DNA from: Maricaulaceae bacterium
Lineage (GTDB): Bacteria > Pseudomonadota > Alphaproteobacteria > Caulobacterales > Maricaulaceae
Reading direction: 5' to 3'
NCBI GenBank assembly: GCA_049607665.1
Contig: JBMYWT010000002.1
Coordinates: 368 to 64,367, forward strand
DNA length: 64,000 bases
The notes under the pieces are model-generated. The model saw only the letters and a program-made list of their open reading frames with translations. It was not told the DNA's origin and ran no database searches. Each line of letters opens with the position of its first letter. The first letter of the stretch is position 1. The translations under genes and the position numbers were made by a program. Positions 12,380 to 23,039 of this stretch are shown piece by piece.

Positions 12380-13237
12380 TTAAGCGTCCAATCCAATATC
12401 AAAATTTGGCGCGCTATGCGTCAGCGCTCCAATAGAAATCACATTAATGCCTGTTGCGGCAAGTCCTGCGACTGTATCCAAATTCACGCCGCCTGAAGCC
12501 TCTAACACGGGGCGGTGTCCGTCATAATTATCGACAATCGTCACGGCTTTACGCAAGGCGTCGGCGTCCATATTATCTAGCAGCACGACATCAGGGCTAT
12601 ATTTCAAAACCTTCTTAAGCTGCGCATGTGTGTCCACTTCGACGCTAACGCGCGCCATGTGATCGGCATTTTTCTTAATCGCCTTGAGGGCTTTATCAAC
12701 GCCGCCCGCCAGAGCGATGTGGTTATCTTTAATCATAATGGCTGCCGCGAGGGATTCGCGGTGCGTAAACCCACCGCCCGCAAGAACGGCTTGTTTTTCA
12801 ACGGCCCGCAGTCCCGGCGTCGTTTTACGCGTTGCTGCAATGCGAACACCTGTGCCGTTGACGGCGGCCACATAACGTGATGTCAACGTTGCCACGCCCG
12901 ACATTCTTCCTAAGAAATTTAGGGCAATGCGTTCCGCGCTAAGGAGGGAGCGAACAGGCCCTTCGACTGTGGCGATGACTGTTCCTTTGGACAGCTTATC
13001 GCCATCTTTTTTCTTTGCTGTGAACTTTACGGTCGGATCAACGAGCGCGTAGGCAATCTTCGCCGCCTGCATTCCCGCCAAAACGCCTGCTTCACGGGAG
13101 CAGATATTCAATTTACCTTTGGCCGTTGCGGGGACGAGCAAGTTAGCTGTAATGTCGCCCGAATTTCCGAAGTCTTCATCAAAGGCTCGGCGGACGATGG
13201 GTTCGATCACAGTTGGGGGGAGCGGAGGCAGGGCCAT
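12380..13237 (-). CDS. nadC: nicotinate-nucleotide diphosphorylase (quinolinate phosphoribosyltransferase)
   Basis: Typical NadC length and motifs (AERIALNFL, TRKTTPGLR, MIKDNH, LDNM). Last gene of a nadA-nadB-nadC string. Confidence 0.9.
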   Translation of the reverse strand: MALPPLPPTVIEPIVRRAFDEDFGNSGDITANLLVPATAKGKLNICSREAGVLAGMQAAKIAYALVDPTVKFTAKKKDGDKLSKGTVIATVEGPVRSLLSAERIALNFLGRMSGVATLTSRYVAAVNGTGVRIAATRKTTPGLRAVEKQAVLAGGGFTHRESLAAAIMIKDNHIALAGGVDKALKAIKKNADHMARVSVEVDTHAQLKKVLKYSPDVVLLDNMDADALRKAVTIVDNYDGHRPVLEASGGVNLDTVAGLAATGINVISIGALTHSAPNFDIGLDA

Positions 13238-13239
13238 AA

Positions 13240-14766
13240 TTAATCCAGAAAATCGTAAGTGATGTAAGAAGACTGCGCGTCCTTATTCGTTTCGGGGAAG
13301 TCGTCACGGAAATGCCCGCCACGACTTTCTTCGCGTGCGAGCGCAGCGGCGGCAATGATACGGGCCGAAACGAGTGGGTTGGCGCGGCCGACTTGCTCAA
13401 TGAGGTCTTCGATGATTTCAATGAGCGTATTTAGCTTGGCCGCACTACGTCGTACGCCGCAATATTTCGTCATGGCATTACGCAGAGTTTGCGTAACGTC
13501 TGGCGTCATGGACAGCCAAGGTTGACTGCGGATTGTGCCTGCGCTTTTCTCGCGGAATTCATTATTCAGAATGTAATCCGCAGCGCGTCCGCCGAAAACT
13601 GTGGCTTCCAGCAGTGAGTTACTCGCAAGGCGATTGGCTCCGTGTACGCCTGTCGCTGAACATTCACCGAGCGCGAACAGGCCTTCCAAATTTGTCTGCC
13701 CATAGCTATCCGTTGCGAGGCCGCCCATATGGTAATGCACGGCGGGGGCAATGGGAATGAGGGCTGTACGCGGATCAATGCCTGCGCTCATGCAGCTCTC
13801 AAATACCGTCGGGAATTCATGCGGGAACTCTGCGCCGACGGCGGCGCGGCAATCCAGATATGGCGAACGCCCCGCTTCGATCTCGGCGAATATCGCGCGG
13901 GCGACGTCATCACGTGGTGCCAGCTCGCCCTGTTCATGATACCGCGGCATAAAGCGAACGCCGTCTGAACCGACCAATGTCGCGCCATGCCCGCGCAAGG
14001 CTTCGGTCGCGAGCGGCGCAGGGTCTCGGCCAATGTGCATGGCGGTCGGGTGAAATTGTACGAACTCCATATCGCGTAGGCGCGCGCCGACGACGGCAGC
14101 CATGCCGAGGGCGTCACCACGTGCAGTACGCGGGTTAGTTGTGACGGCAAATAATCCGCCGACGCCGCCTGTCGCCATGATGGTGATATCGGCTTCGATC
14201 CCCAAAAGTGTACCGTCATTATTACGTGCGAGTGCGCCCGCTACTGCGCCTTGGTTATCCGTCAGAAGGCTTTCCGCTCGCCAACCGATTAGGCCTGTGA
14301 CGTGGTCAGCCGCTTGGACTTGTTTGACCATGACGTTGATGATTTCGCGGCCAGCCGTATCGCCTTTAACGCGGGCGACGCGCGGGAGGCTGTGCGCGGC
14401 TTCGAGCGATAAATACATCTCGCCTTTTTCATTGCGATCAAACGGTACGCCCAGCGCGGCCAAATCATGAACACGGCTCGCGCCTTCGCTCGCGAGGATA
14501 TGGGCGATGTCGTGATCAACGAGCCCGTCACCCGCCGCGATTGTGTCGGCGGCGTGGCTTTCGGCTGTGTCTTCGGGGGCGAGGGCGGCAGCGATACCGC
14601 CTTGCGCCCACGCACTGGCGGCGCCTTCTTTGGAGCGGCGGGATGTTAGAACATAGACTTGGCGCGGCGCGAGTTTTAACGCGGTGTAAAGCCCCGCGAG
14701 CCCTGCGCCGATAACCAAAACCGCCCCAGCGGGCAGGCGCTTGGTTTCAAGATCGCCAAGCGCCAC
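13240..14766 (-). CDS. nadB: L-aspartate oxidase
   Basis: FAD-binding N-terminus VLVIGAGLAGL. Succinate dehydrogenase/fumarate reductase-like flavoprotein motifs (QFHPT, GGLFALGECSATGVHGANRLASNSLLE). Confidence 0.9.
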   Translation of the reverse strand: MALGDLETKRLPAGAVLVIGAGLAGLYTALKLAPRQVYVLTSRRSKEGAASAWAQGGIAAALAPEDTAESHAADTIAAGDGLVDHDIAHILASEGASRVHDLAALGVPFDRNEKGEMYLSLEAAHSLPRVARVKGDTAGREIINVMVKQVQAADHVTGLIGWRAESLLTDNQGAVAGALARNNDGTLLGIEADITIMATGGVGGLFAVTTNPRTARGDALGMAAVVGARLRDMEFVQFHPTAMHIGRDPAPLATEALRGHGATLVGSDGVRFMPRYHEQGELAPRDDVARAIFAEIEAGRSPYLDCRAAVGAEFPHEFPTVFESCMSAGIDPRTALIPIAPAVHYHMGGLATDSYGQTNLEGLFALGECSATGVHGANRLASNSLLEATVFGGRAADYILNNEFREKSAGTIRSQPWLSMTPDVTQTLRNAMTKYCGVRRSAAKLNTLIEIIEDLIEQVGRANPLVSARIIAAAALAREESRGGHFRDDFPETNKDAQSSYITYDFLD

Positions 14767-15914
14767 TATATAACTTTCACGTCAACTTCGGGCGCGTTCG
14801 GATCGAAGTGACCTTTTTCAGGCGCGAAAGAAACGTCGATCATCCGCATCACCGCGTCATAGGCCCTCTGGCGCATATCATCGGGGACGAGAACTTCATT
14901 TGTGCCATTACGTAGGCACTCATAGATATTTTCAAGCGTGATACGTTTCATATGCGGGCAAAGGTTGCAGGGGCGCACGAAGTCAACGGTTGGGTTTGCC
15001 ACGGCCACATTATCCGACATAGAGCATTCCGTCAGGAGGATCACTTTGCCGGGTTTATTGTCGCCAACATAATCTGACATGGCCTTCGTGGAACCCGTAA
15101 AATCGCTCTCAGCCACAACTTCAGGCGGGCATTCAGGGTGAGCCAGCACGACTACGCCTGGGTTGGCTTCGCGCATATCGCGCACGTCTTGGGCGGAGAA
15201 GCGCGCATGAACCTCACAGCGGCCGTGCCATGCGATGACGTCTACGTTGGTTTGCTTGGCCACGTTTTTCGCGAGGAACTCATCAGGGAGCATAATCACG
15301 CGCGGCACATTTAGGCTCTCGACAATGGCAACAGCATTTGAGGAGGTGCAGCAAATATCGCTCTCAGCTTTCACGTCGGCAGACGTATTTACATAAGTCA
15401 CGACTGGCACGCCAGGATAGCGCTGTTTGATCAGTTTCACATCTTCGCCCGTGATAGAACTGGCGAGGGAGCAGCCTGCGCGCATGGACGGAATAAGGAC
15501 CGTTTTATCAGGGCAAAGAATTTTCGACGTTTCCGCCATGAAGTGAACGCCGCCTTGGACGATGATATCGGCTTCGGTTTTTGTCGCCTCAATCGCGAGG
15601 CCGAGGCTGTCGCCTTTATAGTCGCCGATCAGATTGAAAATATCAGGCGTCATATAATTATGCGCGAGGATAACGGCGTTTTTCTCTTTCTTGAGTGTGT
15701 TGATCGCGTGGACGAGCGGCGCGTAAGCGGGCCATTCAAATTCAGGAATGAAGTCAGAGACTTGCTCATAAAGGTGATCCGTCGCCGCCTTTACTTCGTC
15801 GTTATATTCGAGGCCTTGGGCGGGCGTTTCGGGAACGGCGCAGACGCCATTTTCAACTTCAAGGGTTTGCCCAATCCAGCGGCCATTTTCCCAGTTGATA
15901 AGTTCCTTGCCCAT
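14766..15914 (-). CDS. nadA: quinolinate synthase
   Basis: NadA motifs are present ([35 protein letters not shown]). The start was chosen at the ATG preceded by GGAGGG at 6-nt spacing; the ORF is open to 15959. Confidence 0.88.
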   Translation of the reverse strand: MGKELINWENGRWIGQTLEVENGVCAVPETPAQGLEYNDEVKAATDHLYEQVSDFIPEFEWPAYAPLVHAINTLKKEKNAVILAHNYMTPDIFNLIGDYKGDSLGLAIEATKTEADIIVQGGVHFMAETSKILCPDKTVLIPSMRAGCSLASSITGEDVKLIKQRYPGVPVVTYVNTSADVKAESDICCTSSNAVAIVESLNVPRVIMLPDEFLAKNVAKQTNVDVIAWHGRCEVHARFSAQDVRDMREANPGVVVLAHPECPPEVVAESDFTGSTKAMSDYVGDNKPGKVILLTECSMSDNVAVANPTVDFVRPCNLCPHMKRITLENIYECLRNGTNEVLVPDDMRQRAYDAVMRMIDVSFAPEKGHFDPNAPEVDVKVI

Positions 15915-15999
15915 GTGCATCCCTCCAGAGATCAGATTACCTTCTATATAGGGAGGCAATCGCCGTTAGGCCACACAATAGCTGAAATTTTTAAGCGAT

Positions 16000-16602
16000 T
16001 TAAAGCGCCTTATTTAATGTCTCGAACCGTTCAAGGAAAGCGATCTGGGCTGTGGCGACGGGTAGGGGATTGATGACACGATGGAGCGATTTTGGCGGGG
16101 TGGTAAAAAACTGATCGGCCTCTTCTTCGGAAAACCCCGCGATTTGGATGGCTTCGAAATAGGCACAGTAAATATCGCAAGTTTTGATTTGCTTTTTCAG
16201 GCGAGTCGGGATTTCAGGCGGCAGTCCGAAGCGTAAGTGAATGGCTTCTTCGAGGCGGGCTTCGAAGGATTTATAATCAAGGCCGAGCGCATGTTTAAAC
16301 GGGCTAATCATATCGCCGATGACGTATTCTGCTGCGTCATGGAGCAGGGCAATGAGGTGTTCTGCGGGCGTGGCTTTGGGATAAAGTTGCCCGAAGATAT
16401 CTTCAACGACAACGCTATGTTCTGCGACGCTAAAGGCGTGATCGCCTGAGGTTTGCCCGTTCCACCGCGCCACACGCGCGAGGCCGCGCGCGATGTCTTC
16501 GATTTCTACATCAAAAGGGGAGGGGTCGAGTAGGTCAAGCCTGCGCCCTGAGAGCATACGCTGCCAGGCGCGCGGGGCTTTCTTCGAGGCGGCTTTGCTC
16601 AC
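16000..16602 (-). CDS. HD-domain phosphohydrolase (YfbR-like)
   Basis: Contains AEHS...LLHDAAEYVIGDMISP, the HD-motif metal ligands. The GTG start overlaps the stop of the upstream KAS III gene by 1 nt. Confidence 0.72.
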   Translation of the reverse strand: MSKAASKKAPRAWQRMLSGRRLDLLDPSPFDVEIEDIARGLARVARWNGQTSGDHAFSVAEHSVVVEDIFGQLYPKATPAEHLIALLHDAAEYVIGDMISPFKHALGLDYKSFEARLEEAIHLRFGLPPEIPTRLKKQIKTCDIYCAYFEAIQIAGFSEEEADQFFTTPPKSLHRVINPLPVATAQIAFLERFETLNKAL

Positions 16603-17750
16603 TAAGCGGCAACCCGCCGTACGAAAATAGCGCCCGCTGAATAACCTGCGCCGAAGCTACAGATCAGGCCTGTTTCGCCATCTTCGAAATCATCCGAATG
16701 TTTGTTAAACGCAATGATAGAGCCTGCCGAAGAGGTGTTGGCATATTCATCGAGCACCACAGGCGCTTGGGAAATATCGACGTCTTTACCCAGCACTTTT
16801 TTCGCGATCAGGACATTCATGCTGAGGTTGGCTTGGTGCAGCCACATACGTTTTAAATCATTGGGGTCGAGGTCGAGTTTCCCCGCTTCTTCGGTGATGA
16901 GTTTGGCAACCATTGGCACGACTTCTTTAAATACGCTGCGGCCGTTTTGGGTGAAGAGCTTATCGGTCAGGCCCTTGCGCCCGCGATCGCCCGCCATGCC
17001 GTCATCTTCGGGCGCGGTGTGATTAAGGAAGCCGAAATTGTTGCGGATATTGTTACTAAATTGCGTGATCAGTTTCGCGCCGATGACCTCCCAATGCGCA
17101 GACGGAGCGAAGTCTTTTTCTTCGAGCAATATCGCCGTCGCGACATCGCCGAATATAAAGTGGCTATCGCGGTCTTTGAAATTCAAATGCGCCGTGCAGA
17201 TTTCGGGGCTGCAAACGAGCACGGATTTCGCTTGTCCGCCCATGATGAGGCCGCGCGCGGTTTCAATGCCAAATGTCGCGGAGGAACAGGCGACATTCAT
17301 ATCAAAGGCAAATCCCGACGTGCCAAGGAGGTCTTGAACTTCGACAGCAACAGCAGGGTAGCCGCGTTGTAAGTTTGAACAAGCGACGATAACGGCGTCG
17401 ACGTCTTTGGCGTCACGGCCAGCTTTGGCGAGCGCGTCTTTGGCCGCGTTCACGGCGATCTCCGCGAGGATTGACGGCTCATCATTGGCGCGCGCAGGAA
17501 TGCGCGGAGCCATGTGATTAGGATCAAGGATTGGGTCTTTGGAGATTACATAGCGGGATTTAATGCCTGAGGCTTTTTCGATGAAGGCAGGATCAGAATA
17601 AACGAGCGCGTCTTTCGTGCCTGCTTTGATCTCGGCGGCATTGTCGCTGTTCCATTTATCGACATAGGCGTTGAAGCCAATCACGAGTTCTTCGTTTGAA
17701 ATTGACTGTTCGGGTGTCCAAAGTCCTGTGGCGCTGATAACGGCTTTCAC
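16602..17750 (-). CDS. beta-ketoacyl-ACP synthase III family condensing enzyme (FabH-like)
   Basis: Thiolase-fold condensing enzyme with the active-site cysteine context NVACSSATFG, plus a downstream WLHQAN and a C-terminal GAGYSAGA. The GTG start at 17750 follows AGAGGA; the ORF is open to 17765. Confidence 0.8.
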   Translation of the reverse strand: MKAVISATGLWTPEQSISNEELVIGFNAYVDKWNSDNAAEIKAGTKDALVYSDPAFIEKASGIKSRYVISKDPILDPNHMAPRIPARANDEPSILAEIAVNAAKDALAKAGRDAKDVDAVIVACSNLQRGYPAVAVEVQDLLGTSGFAFDMNVACSSATFGIETARGLIMGGQAKSVLVCSPEICTAHLNFKDRDSHFIFGDVATAILLEEKDFAPSAHWEVIGAKLITQFSNNIRNNFGFLNHTAPEDDGMAGDRGRKGLTDKLFTQNGRSVFKEVVPMVAKLITEEAGKLDLDPNDLKRMWLHQANLSMNVLIAKKVLGKDVDISQAPVVLDEYANTSSAGSIIAFNKHSDDFEDGETGLICSFGAGYSAGAIFVRRVAA

Positions 17751-17820
17751 GTGTGATCCTCTCAAAGTGAACCCGTCTTATGCAACGTCAAAGGTGTTTG
17801 TGACAAGCCCGAAATAGCGC

Positions 17821-18438
17821 TTAGTTTTTCGCGAGATCCGCGCAAGGTTGATAGGCGTGGCAGCCGACGGCGTGGTCGTTGATAATTCCGACGGCCTGCA
17901 TGAAGGCATAAACAATCACGGGGCCGACAAATTTAAAGCCGCGTTTCTTTAGGTCTTTTGACATGGCCTCGGATTCGGCAGTTTTTACAGGGGCGTCTTT
18001 GAAATTATCCCAGTGATTTTGGATAACTTTGCCATCGGTGAAACTCCAAATATACTCACTGAAATCTATGCCCTCTTCGTCGCGCATTTTGATGAAGATT
18101 TGCGAATTGACGATGGCGGCATTAACCTTAAGTTTTGAACGGATGATGCCGGCATTGGCGAGCAGGCGTTCACGGTCGGCCTCGGTGTAATAGGCGACCT
18201 TATCAGGATCGAGGCCGTCGAACGCTTCGAGGATTGTTTCGCGTTTGCGCAGGATTGTAATCCACGCAAGACCCGCCTGCATACCGTCTTGGATGAGTTT
18301 GGAAAACAGCGCCTTGCTGTCGTAAATCGGGCGGCCCCATTCTGTGTCATGGTAATGGCAATAAAAGGCGTCGGTTGGCGATACCCATCCGCAGCGTGGC
18401 AGGTCAGGATCGTGATTTTCGGGGTCGAAATCGCTCAT
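17821..18438 (-). CDS. tag: DNA-3-methyladenine glycosylase I
   Basis: RCGWV...YHDTEWGRPIYD...LFSKLIQDGMQAGLAWITILRKRE is the Tag signature. Confidence 0.9.
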   Translation of the reverse strand: MSDFDPENHDPDLPRCGWVSPTDAFYCHYHDTEWGRPIYDSKALFSKLIQDGMQAGLAWITILRKRETILEAFDGLDPDKVAYYTEADRERLLANAGIIRSKLKVNAAIVNSQIFIKMRDEEGIDFSEYIWSFTDGKVIQNHWDNFKDAPVKTAESEAMSKDLKKRGFKFVGPVIVYAFMQAVGIINDHAVGCHAYQPCADLAKN

Positions 18439-18914
18439 AAATATTTCTCCATACCGATATTGGCGCGGGCGTAAACGGGGTGCGGGCCTTCGTGGAAGAC
18501 TGTCCAGCCTTCGCGTTTATAGAGCCGTATGGCGGCGGCGTTACCCGTGTTGCTAAGGAGGTAAATGTAATCTAGGCCGAGTGTGTTTTTGGCGTAATCT
18601 TCCACGACTTTCATCAACGCTTTGCCAATGCCGTGGCCTTGAAAGGTGGGGTCAACCGCCATTTTTGTCAATTCCCATTTACCTTCTGCGTCTTTCTTGA
18701 GCGCGCAAGCCCCCGCAACGACGCCGTCAATATGGACGCTGAAAACGGAGTTGCCGTCTTGGATATAGCTTTCGGGATGGGCGACCATTTTCTTGTCAGA
18801 CTCTTCGAGGAAATGGAGGTCGGCAATCCACGCGGCGTTCAGGTCCGCAAAACGGCGGAGCGCGCTTTCTTCATTGCGGCGTATGTCTAATGGCGTTTTA
18901 TTATTCGGAGCCAT
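18435..18914 (-). CDS. GNAT-family N-acetyltransferase
   Basis: The acetyl-CoA binding motif QGHGIGKALM sits in a 159-aa ORF. The gene overlaps tag by 4 nt. Confidence 0.75.
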   Translation of the reverse strand: MAPNNKTPLDIRRNEESALRRFADLNAAWIADLHFLEESDKKMVAHPESYIQDGNSVFSVHIDGVVAGACALKKDAEGKWELTKMAVDPTFQGHGIGKALMKVVEDYAKNTLGLDYIYLLSNTGNAAAIRLYKREGWTVFHEGPHPVYARANIGMEKYL

Positions 18915-19683
18915 CGGGCGCTCCCATGATTTTGACGTCAGCTTCGTTTATGGTGGGGGATACGGCAGCGCTTTTCCAGCGGTCTAGCCGCACAAGCCCC
19001 ATCGCCATTTCGCCTTGCACGGATAACACATCGCCAACAACGCGTTCACCCGCCATGATTTTATCACCTGCCGCTGCTCCGCCGCCCAGCACTAGGCCGC
19101 GCATACGTTTCTTAACTGTGGTCATACGTTTCATACGGCTGACGACTTCTTGGCCGATAAAACAGCCCTTTTTGAAATCCACACCATTTATCTGATCCAT
19201 ACAGGCGTCGGCAGGGAACACAGACGCCGTTTCGAAATCTTCCGCGCTATCGGGGATGCCGAGCGAGAGGCGGTGAGCGTTATAATCGCCCGTTGTTTCC
19301 AGCGTGTCTTGTGTAATGAGCCGATACCCTAGGGCAGGCTGGCGCGGATCTGCCATACCAGCTTCGCCTTCGCCGCCCCAAATCGCATAGACTGTGTGAC
19401 TGTCACTAATGTCTGTGATTTCAATCGGTGCGCGCATGCGGTACATTTTGAGGCGTTTAAAGAGGTGGGCTCCAAACTTTTCAGCAGTTTCCAACACGAG
19501 AGAATCATCATCACCGCCATCGGCTTGAATAAAGAAATCAGCAATGATTTTACCTTGCGGGGTAAGTAACGCTGCGAATGTATGTTCGTTTAACAGATTG
19601 TTGGTAATCAGCCCATCGAGCCATTCACGGACGCCTTCACCCGAAAGGCGGAATATGGTGCGGGGTAAGGCAGAAATTGGCAT
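18901..19683 (-). CDS. ygfZ: folate-binding protein YgfZ (GcvT-like, Fe-S cluster repair/tRNA modification)
   Basis: The conserved KGCFIGQEVVSRMK motif (the YgfZ K-G-C-[YF]-x-G-Q-E signature) and a GcvT-like N-terminal half. Confidence 0.8.
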   Translation of the reverse strand: MPISALPRTIFRLSGEGVREWLDGLITNNLLNEHTFAALLTPQGKIIADFFIQADGGDDDSLVLETAEKFGAHLFKRLKMYRMRAPIEITDISDSHTVYAIWGGEGEAGMADPRQPALGYRLITQDTLETTGDYNAHRLSLGIPDSAEDFETASVFPADACMDQINGVDFKKGCFIGQEVVSRMKRMTTVKKRMRGLVLGGGAAAGDKIMAGERVVGDVLSVQGEMAMGLVRLDRWKSAAVSPTINEADVKIMGAPDGSE

Positions 19684-19746
19684 GAAGCCCTCCAGTGATT
19701 GAGAGCTAAAGTAAGAACTTACATTAAAGGTACAAGAGTAAAAAGA

Positions 19747-20214
19747 TTAGAATTTTTTACGCGCGACTGTAGTTTTTTGCTGTGTTAGAGCCATAATTCG
19801 TTTTCCGCTGGGGCTATAAACTTGTAATTCTGACCCAGATAAATTCATCCTCCATACTGTATTGAGGTTATTAAAGAATGTCGTTTCTAAGGCTTGAACT
19901 TTTTCGCAAAGAGCCTTCTTGGTACGAAAGTCGCCAAGTTGCATATGATGATTATCTTGGTAAAAACGTGCTTCAAAATAACTACATCCTCCAAAACCAG
20001 AAACGCCTCCAGTTGTATCGAAAGAGATAATCTGCCCAATCGTATTATCAGGCGCCCATATTGTTCCTGCTAAATTGGGGTAGCTAACTTTAGTGCTAAC
20101 TTCTTTAACGCGATTAACGGAACTTTTGCTTATAAGGGCTTGGCTTTGAGCAAAAGCGGGTGCAGTTATGAAGAGCGCGCAAAGTGATAAGTTTATAGTT
20201 TTTACAAGTTTCAT
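19747..20214 (-). CDS. META-domain (HslJ-like) secreted protein
   Basis: Signal peptide MKLVKTINLSLCALFITAPAFAQ, then the META pattern L.GT.W...I.F......SGFGGCSYF. The gene is AT-rich. The start was set at MKLVK; the ORF is open to 20235. Confidence 0.7.
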   Translation of the reverse strand: MKLVKTINLSLCALFITAPAFAQSQALISKSSVNRVKEVSTKVSYPNLAGTIWAPDNTIGQIISFDTTGGVSGFGGCSYFEARFYQDNHHMQLGDFRTKKALCEKVQALETTFFNNLNTVWRMNLSGSELQVYSPSGKRIMALTQQKTTVARKKF

Positions 20215-20416
20215 ATATTTTGTTCTTTCACACATTGTAAAATAAATGATTAGTTATCAATTCGATGAATGATCATAACAAAATTCTCTTAATAAACTTT
20301 ATAACTGTTCGAATGAATAGTTTAATATAGCTGTGATAATTACTTCATGCTATCTAAGTGTATGAATTTAATGTCTTTATTTGATGGATGTAGTTTGGAG
20401 AAATGTACTTAAAGCG

Positions 20417-20809
20417 TTATTTAACGTCGCGCTGCCTCATGCCCAAGATCCATTTGCCTTTGGCGTTATATACGCGCAAATCCGTCTCGGTCATTTTAAG
20501 TGTATGAGCGTTTTTAAGGCCTTCAATAAAGGCCATTTCTGCGCCCTGCATATCTTCGCAAAGCTTCTTGGTCGCGCCAATTGTCGTGACATCAATCTTG
20601 TCACCCTTTTGCGTATAATTACCTATAAAGGTATTACATCCGCCAAAGCCAAAAACTTCGCCGCCAGATTTGAACTGAATATATTGTCCGAGGCCATTCT
20701 CTGGCCCCCACTCTGTGTCTTCTAATGTCGGAGCGGCGTTTTGGGCATATGAGATAGCAGCGAAACAGAGCGCAGAGATAGATACAGCTATTGATGTCAC
20801 GGCTTTCAT
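20417..20809 (-). CDS. META-domain (HslJ-like) secreted protein, paralogue of the previous gene
   Basis: Signal peptide MKAVTSIAVSISALCFAAISYAQ, then LEDTEWGP...FGFGGCNTFIGNY...GATKKLCE. Confidence 0.75.
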   Translation of the reverse strand: MKAVTSIAVSISALCFAAISYAQNAAPTLEDTEWGPENGLGQYIQFKSGGEVFGFGGCNTFIGNYTQKGDKIDVTTIGATKKLCEDMQGAEMAFIEGLKNAHTLKMTETDLRVYNAKGKWILGMRQRDVK

Positions 20810-20813
20810 GGCT

Positions 20814-21560
20814 CTACTCCGTTTTATAATCCACTCTGACGAGATAAAGCCCCTCAGCTGGTGCTACCTGACCGCAAGATTTGCGATCTTTGGCTTTAAG
20901 CGCCTTATTAACAAAAGAGATGGGGCGATGTCCACGGCCAACATCAGCTAGCGTTCCCACAATAGATCTAACTTGTTTATGTAGGAACGAACGCGCTCGA
21001 AGATGGACGTGAATTTCTGCGCCCGCACGCAGGACGGTAATCTCGTCCATTGTCTTAATCGGGCTTTTGGCTTGGCACTGAGTATCGCGAAAGGTCGAGA
21101 AATCATGCTCCCCAACAAGAGACTGCGCGGCGGCATGCATTGCGTCGGCGTCAAGCTTAACGGGAAGACGCCAGACGCGGCCCTTGTCCAGTGCGAGCTT
21201 CGGGCGGCGGTCGATGATACGGTAGAGATAACTACGCTCGCGCGCGTCAAAGCGTGCGTGAAATTCATCCTCAACCAGTTCCGAATCCAAAATAGACACG
21301 GTTTCTTTCATTAAGTGAAAGTTCATGGCGTCGCGAACTCTGTCGGCGCGCAGGTCTTTGACGAGGTCAACATGCGCGACCTGCCCGAGGGCGTGAACGC
21401 CGCTATCTGTGCGGCCCGCGCCGTAGACTTCGGTAAATTCACCGTTGAGTTTTTCGGCGGCCGCTTCGAGCGCGCCTTGTACGCTCGGCCCGTGATCTTG
21501 CCACTGCCAGCCCTGATAGGGCGCGCCGTCATATTCAATGGTGAGTTTGTAGCGGGGCAT
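20814..21560 (-). CDS. truA: tRNA pseudouridine(38-40) synthase
   Basis: Begins MPRYKLTIEYDGAPYQGWQWQ and contains the catalytic GAGRTDSGVHALGQVAH. Confidence 0.92.
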   Translation of the reverse strand: MPRYKLTIEYDGAPYQGWQWQDHGPSVQGALEAAAEKLNGEFTEVYGAGRTDSGVHALGQVAHVDLVKDLRADRVRDAMNFHLMKETVSILDSELVEDEFHARFDARERSYLYRIIDRRPKLALDKGRVWRLPVKLDADAMHAAAQSLVGEHDFSTFRDTQCQAKSPIKTMDEITVLRAGAEIHVHLRARSFLHKQVRSIVGTLADVGRGHRPISFVNKALKAKDRKSCGQVAPAEGLYLVRVDYKTE

Positions 21561-22471
21561 TATGTGAGCATTTCACCTGTGTTAAGAGGATGACCGCGTA
21601 GAAAGTCTTCGGCGTTCATTTTCGGTTTCCCTGCAGGCTGTACGGTTTTCAGGCGCAGGGCATTTTCCCCGCAAGCGATGAGCAAAGCATCGTCTAAAAC
21701 TTCGCCCGCTTGGCCGCGTCCTGTTTCAGGCGTGGCGGCGTGAATTTTCACGCGCTTGCCGCCGATCTCGCACCACGCGCCGGGGAAGGGCGAGAGGCCG
21801 CGAATGTGGCAATCTAGCTCTGCGGCAGGGCGGTTCCACTCTATGCGGGCTTCGGCCTTGTCAATTTTATGGGCGTAGAGGGCGTCGCCCGTCTGCGGGA
21901 CGGGATTTAATCCGCCGCGTTCCAATGCGCCCAAAACGCGCGGCCACATACCTGCGCCAATACGAGAGAGCCGTTCAGAGAGGCTTGCAGCTGTGTCCGT
22001 CGGCGCAATGTTTGCGATTTCGGAGAGGAGGATATCACCTGTATCCAGTCCCTTGGCCATTTGCATAATCTGCACGCCCGTTTCTTTATCGCCCGCCATA
22101 ATTGCGCGCTGTACGGGGGCCGCCCCGCGCCAACGGGGCAGGAGGGAGGCGTGTAAATTCAAGCAGCCATATTTCGGCGCAGCCAAAGCACGGCTCGTAA
22201 GGATTTGGCCGTAAGCCACAACACAGGCGACATCGGCCTCGGCGGCTTCAAGCGCGTTAATCACCGACGATTTACGAAAGCGCTCAGGCGTATGAACCTC
22301 AAGACCCATAATCTCAGCGAATTGATGAACAGGGGATTTCGTGACTTTTTGCCCTCGCCCTGATTTGCGCGGGGGCTGCGTGTAGACGCGCACAACATCA
22401 TATCCATTGGAAATCAATTCCGCGAGGGACGGCACTGCAAATTCTGGCGTGCCCATGAAAACAACGCGCAT
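21560..22471 (-). CDS. fmt: methionyl-tRNA formyltransferase
   Basis: MRVVFMGTPEFAVPSL..., NLHASLLPRWRGAAPVQRAI. Sits in the def-fmt-truA order. Confidence 0.93.
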   Translation of the reverse strand: MRVVFMGTPEFAVPSLAELISNGYDVVRVYTQPPRKSGRGQKVTKSPVHQFAEIMGLEVHTPERFRKSSVINALEAAEADVACVVAYGQILTSRALAAPKYGCLNLHASLLPRWRGAAPVQRAIMAGDKETGVQIMQMAKGLDTGDILLSEIANIAPTDTAASLSERLSRIGAGMWPRVLGALERGGLNPVPQTGDALYAHKIDKAEARIEWNRPAAELDCHIRGLSPFPGAWCEIGGKRVKIHAATPETGRGQAGEVLDDALLIACGENALRLKTVQPAGKPKMNAEDFLRGHPLNTGEMLT

Positions 22472-22475
22472 TAGC

Positions 22476-22994
22476 TTAGCCTGCTGCTTTCAGCTTCTCG
22501 GCTTTTTGAACTTTTTTCACGGCGCGCTCACGCTTCAAGCGCGAGAGATAATCAATAAAGACGACGCCTTTCAGATGATCCATTTCATGCTGAATACAAA
22601 CGGCATAAAGCCCTTCGGCCCATTCCGTCACGCGCTCGCCGTTATAATCTAGATAGGTCAGCTGCACGCGCTCTGGGCGGTCAATGCTCTCGAACACGTC
22701 GGGGATAGAGAGGCAACCTTCTTCATAGGGTTGTAGCTCTTCAACGGTTTCAAGGATTTCAGGATTGATGAAGTATTTCACCTGCGGCTCTTCACCTTCG
22801 CGCGCGAGGTCCATGACGATAACTTGCAGGGGCTCCCCGATTTGGATGGCGGCAAGGCCAATGCCGGGCGCGTCATACATCGTCTCGACCATGTCATCCA
22901 TGAGCTTGCGCGTGGCATCAGTGACGGCATCCACAGGTTTTGAAACCTGCTTTAAGATTGGGTTCGGAACGGTTAAAATTGGGCGTATTGTCAT
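22476..22994 (-). CDS. def: peptide deformylase
   Basis: All three PDF motifs are present: [17 protein letters not shown] and HEMDHLKG. Confidence 0.93.
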   Translation of the reverse strand: MTIRPILTVPNPILKQVSKPVDAVTDATRKLMDDMVETMYDAPGIGLAAIQIGEPLQVIVMDLAREGEEPQVKYFINPEILETVEELQPYEEGCLSIPDVFESIDRPERVQLTYLDYNGERVTEWAEGLYAVCIQHEMDHLKGVVFIDYLSRLKRERAVKKVQKAEKLKAAG

Positions 22995-23039
22995 AGGGGG
23001 CAGATAGGCGCGCGGCGGCGTCAGGTCAAGAGCGAGAGC

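Noticed and set aside
15543-16073. A 176-aa plus-strand ORF spanning the nadA 5' region and the HD-gene 3' end
   Set aside because: It is antisense to two well-supported genes, with no RBS or recognisable domain.
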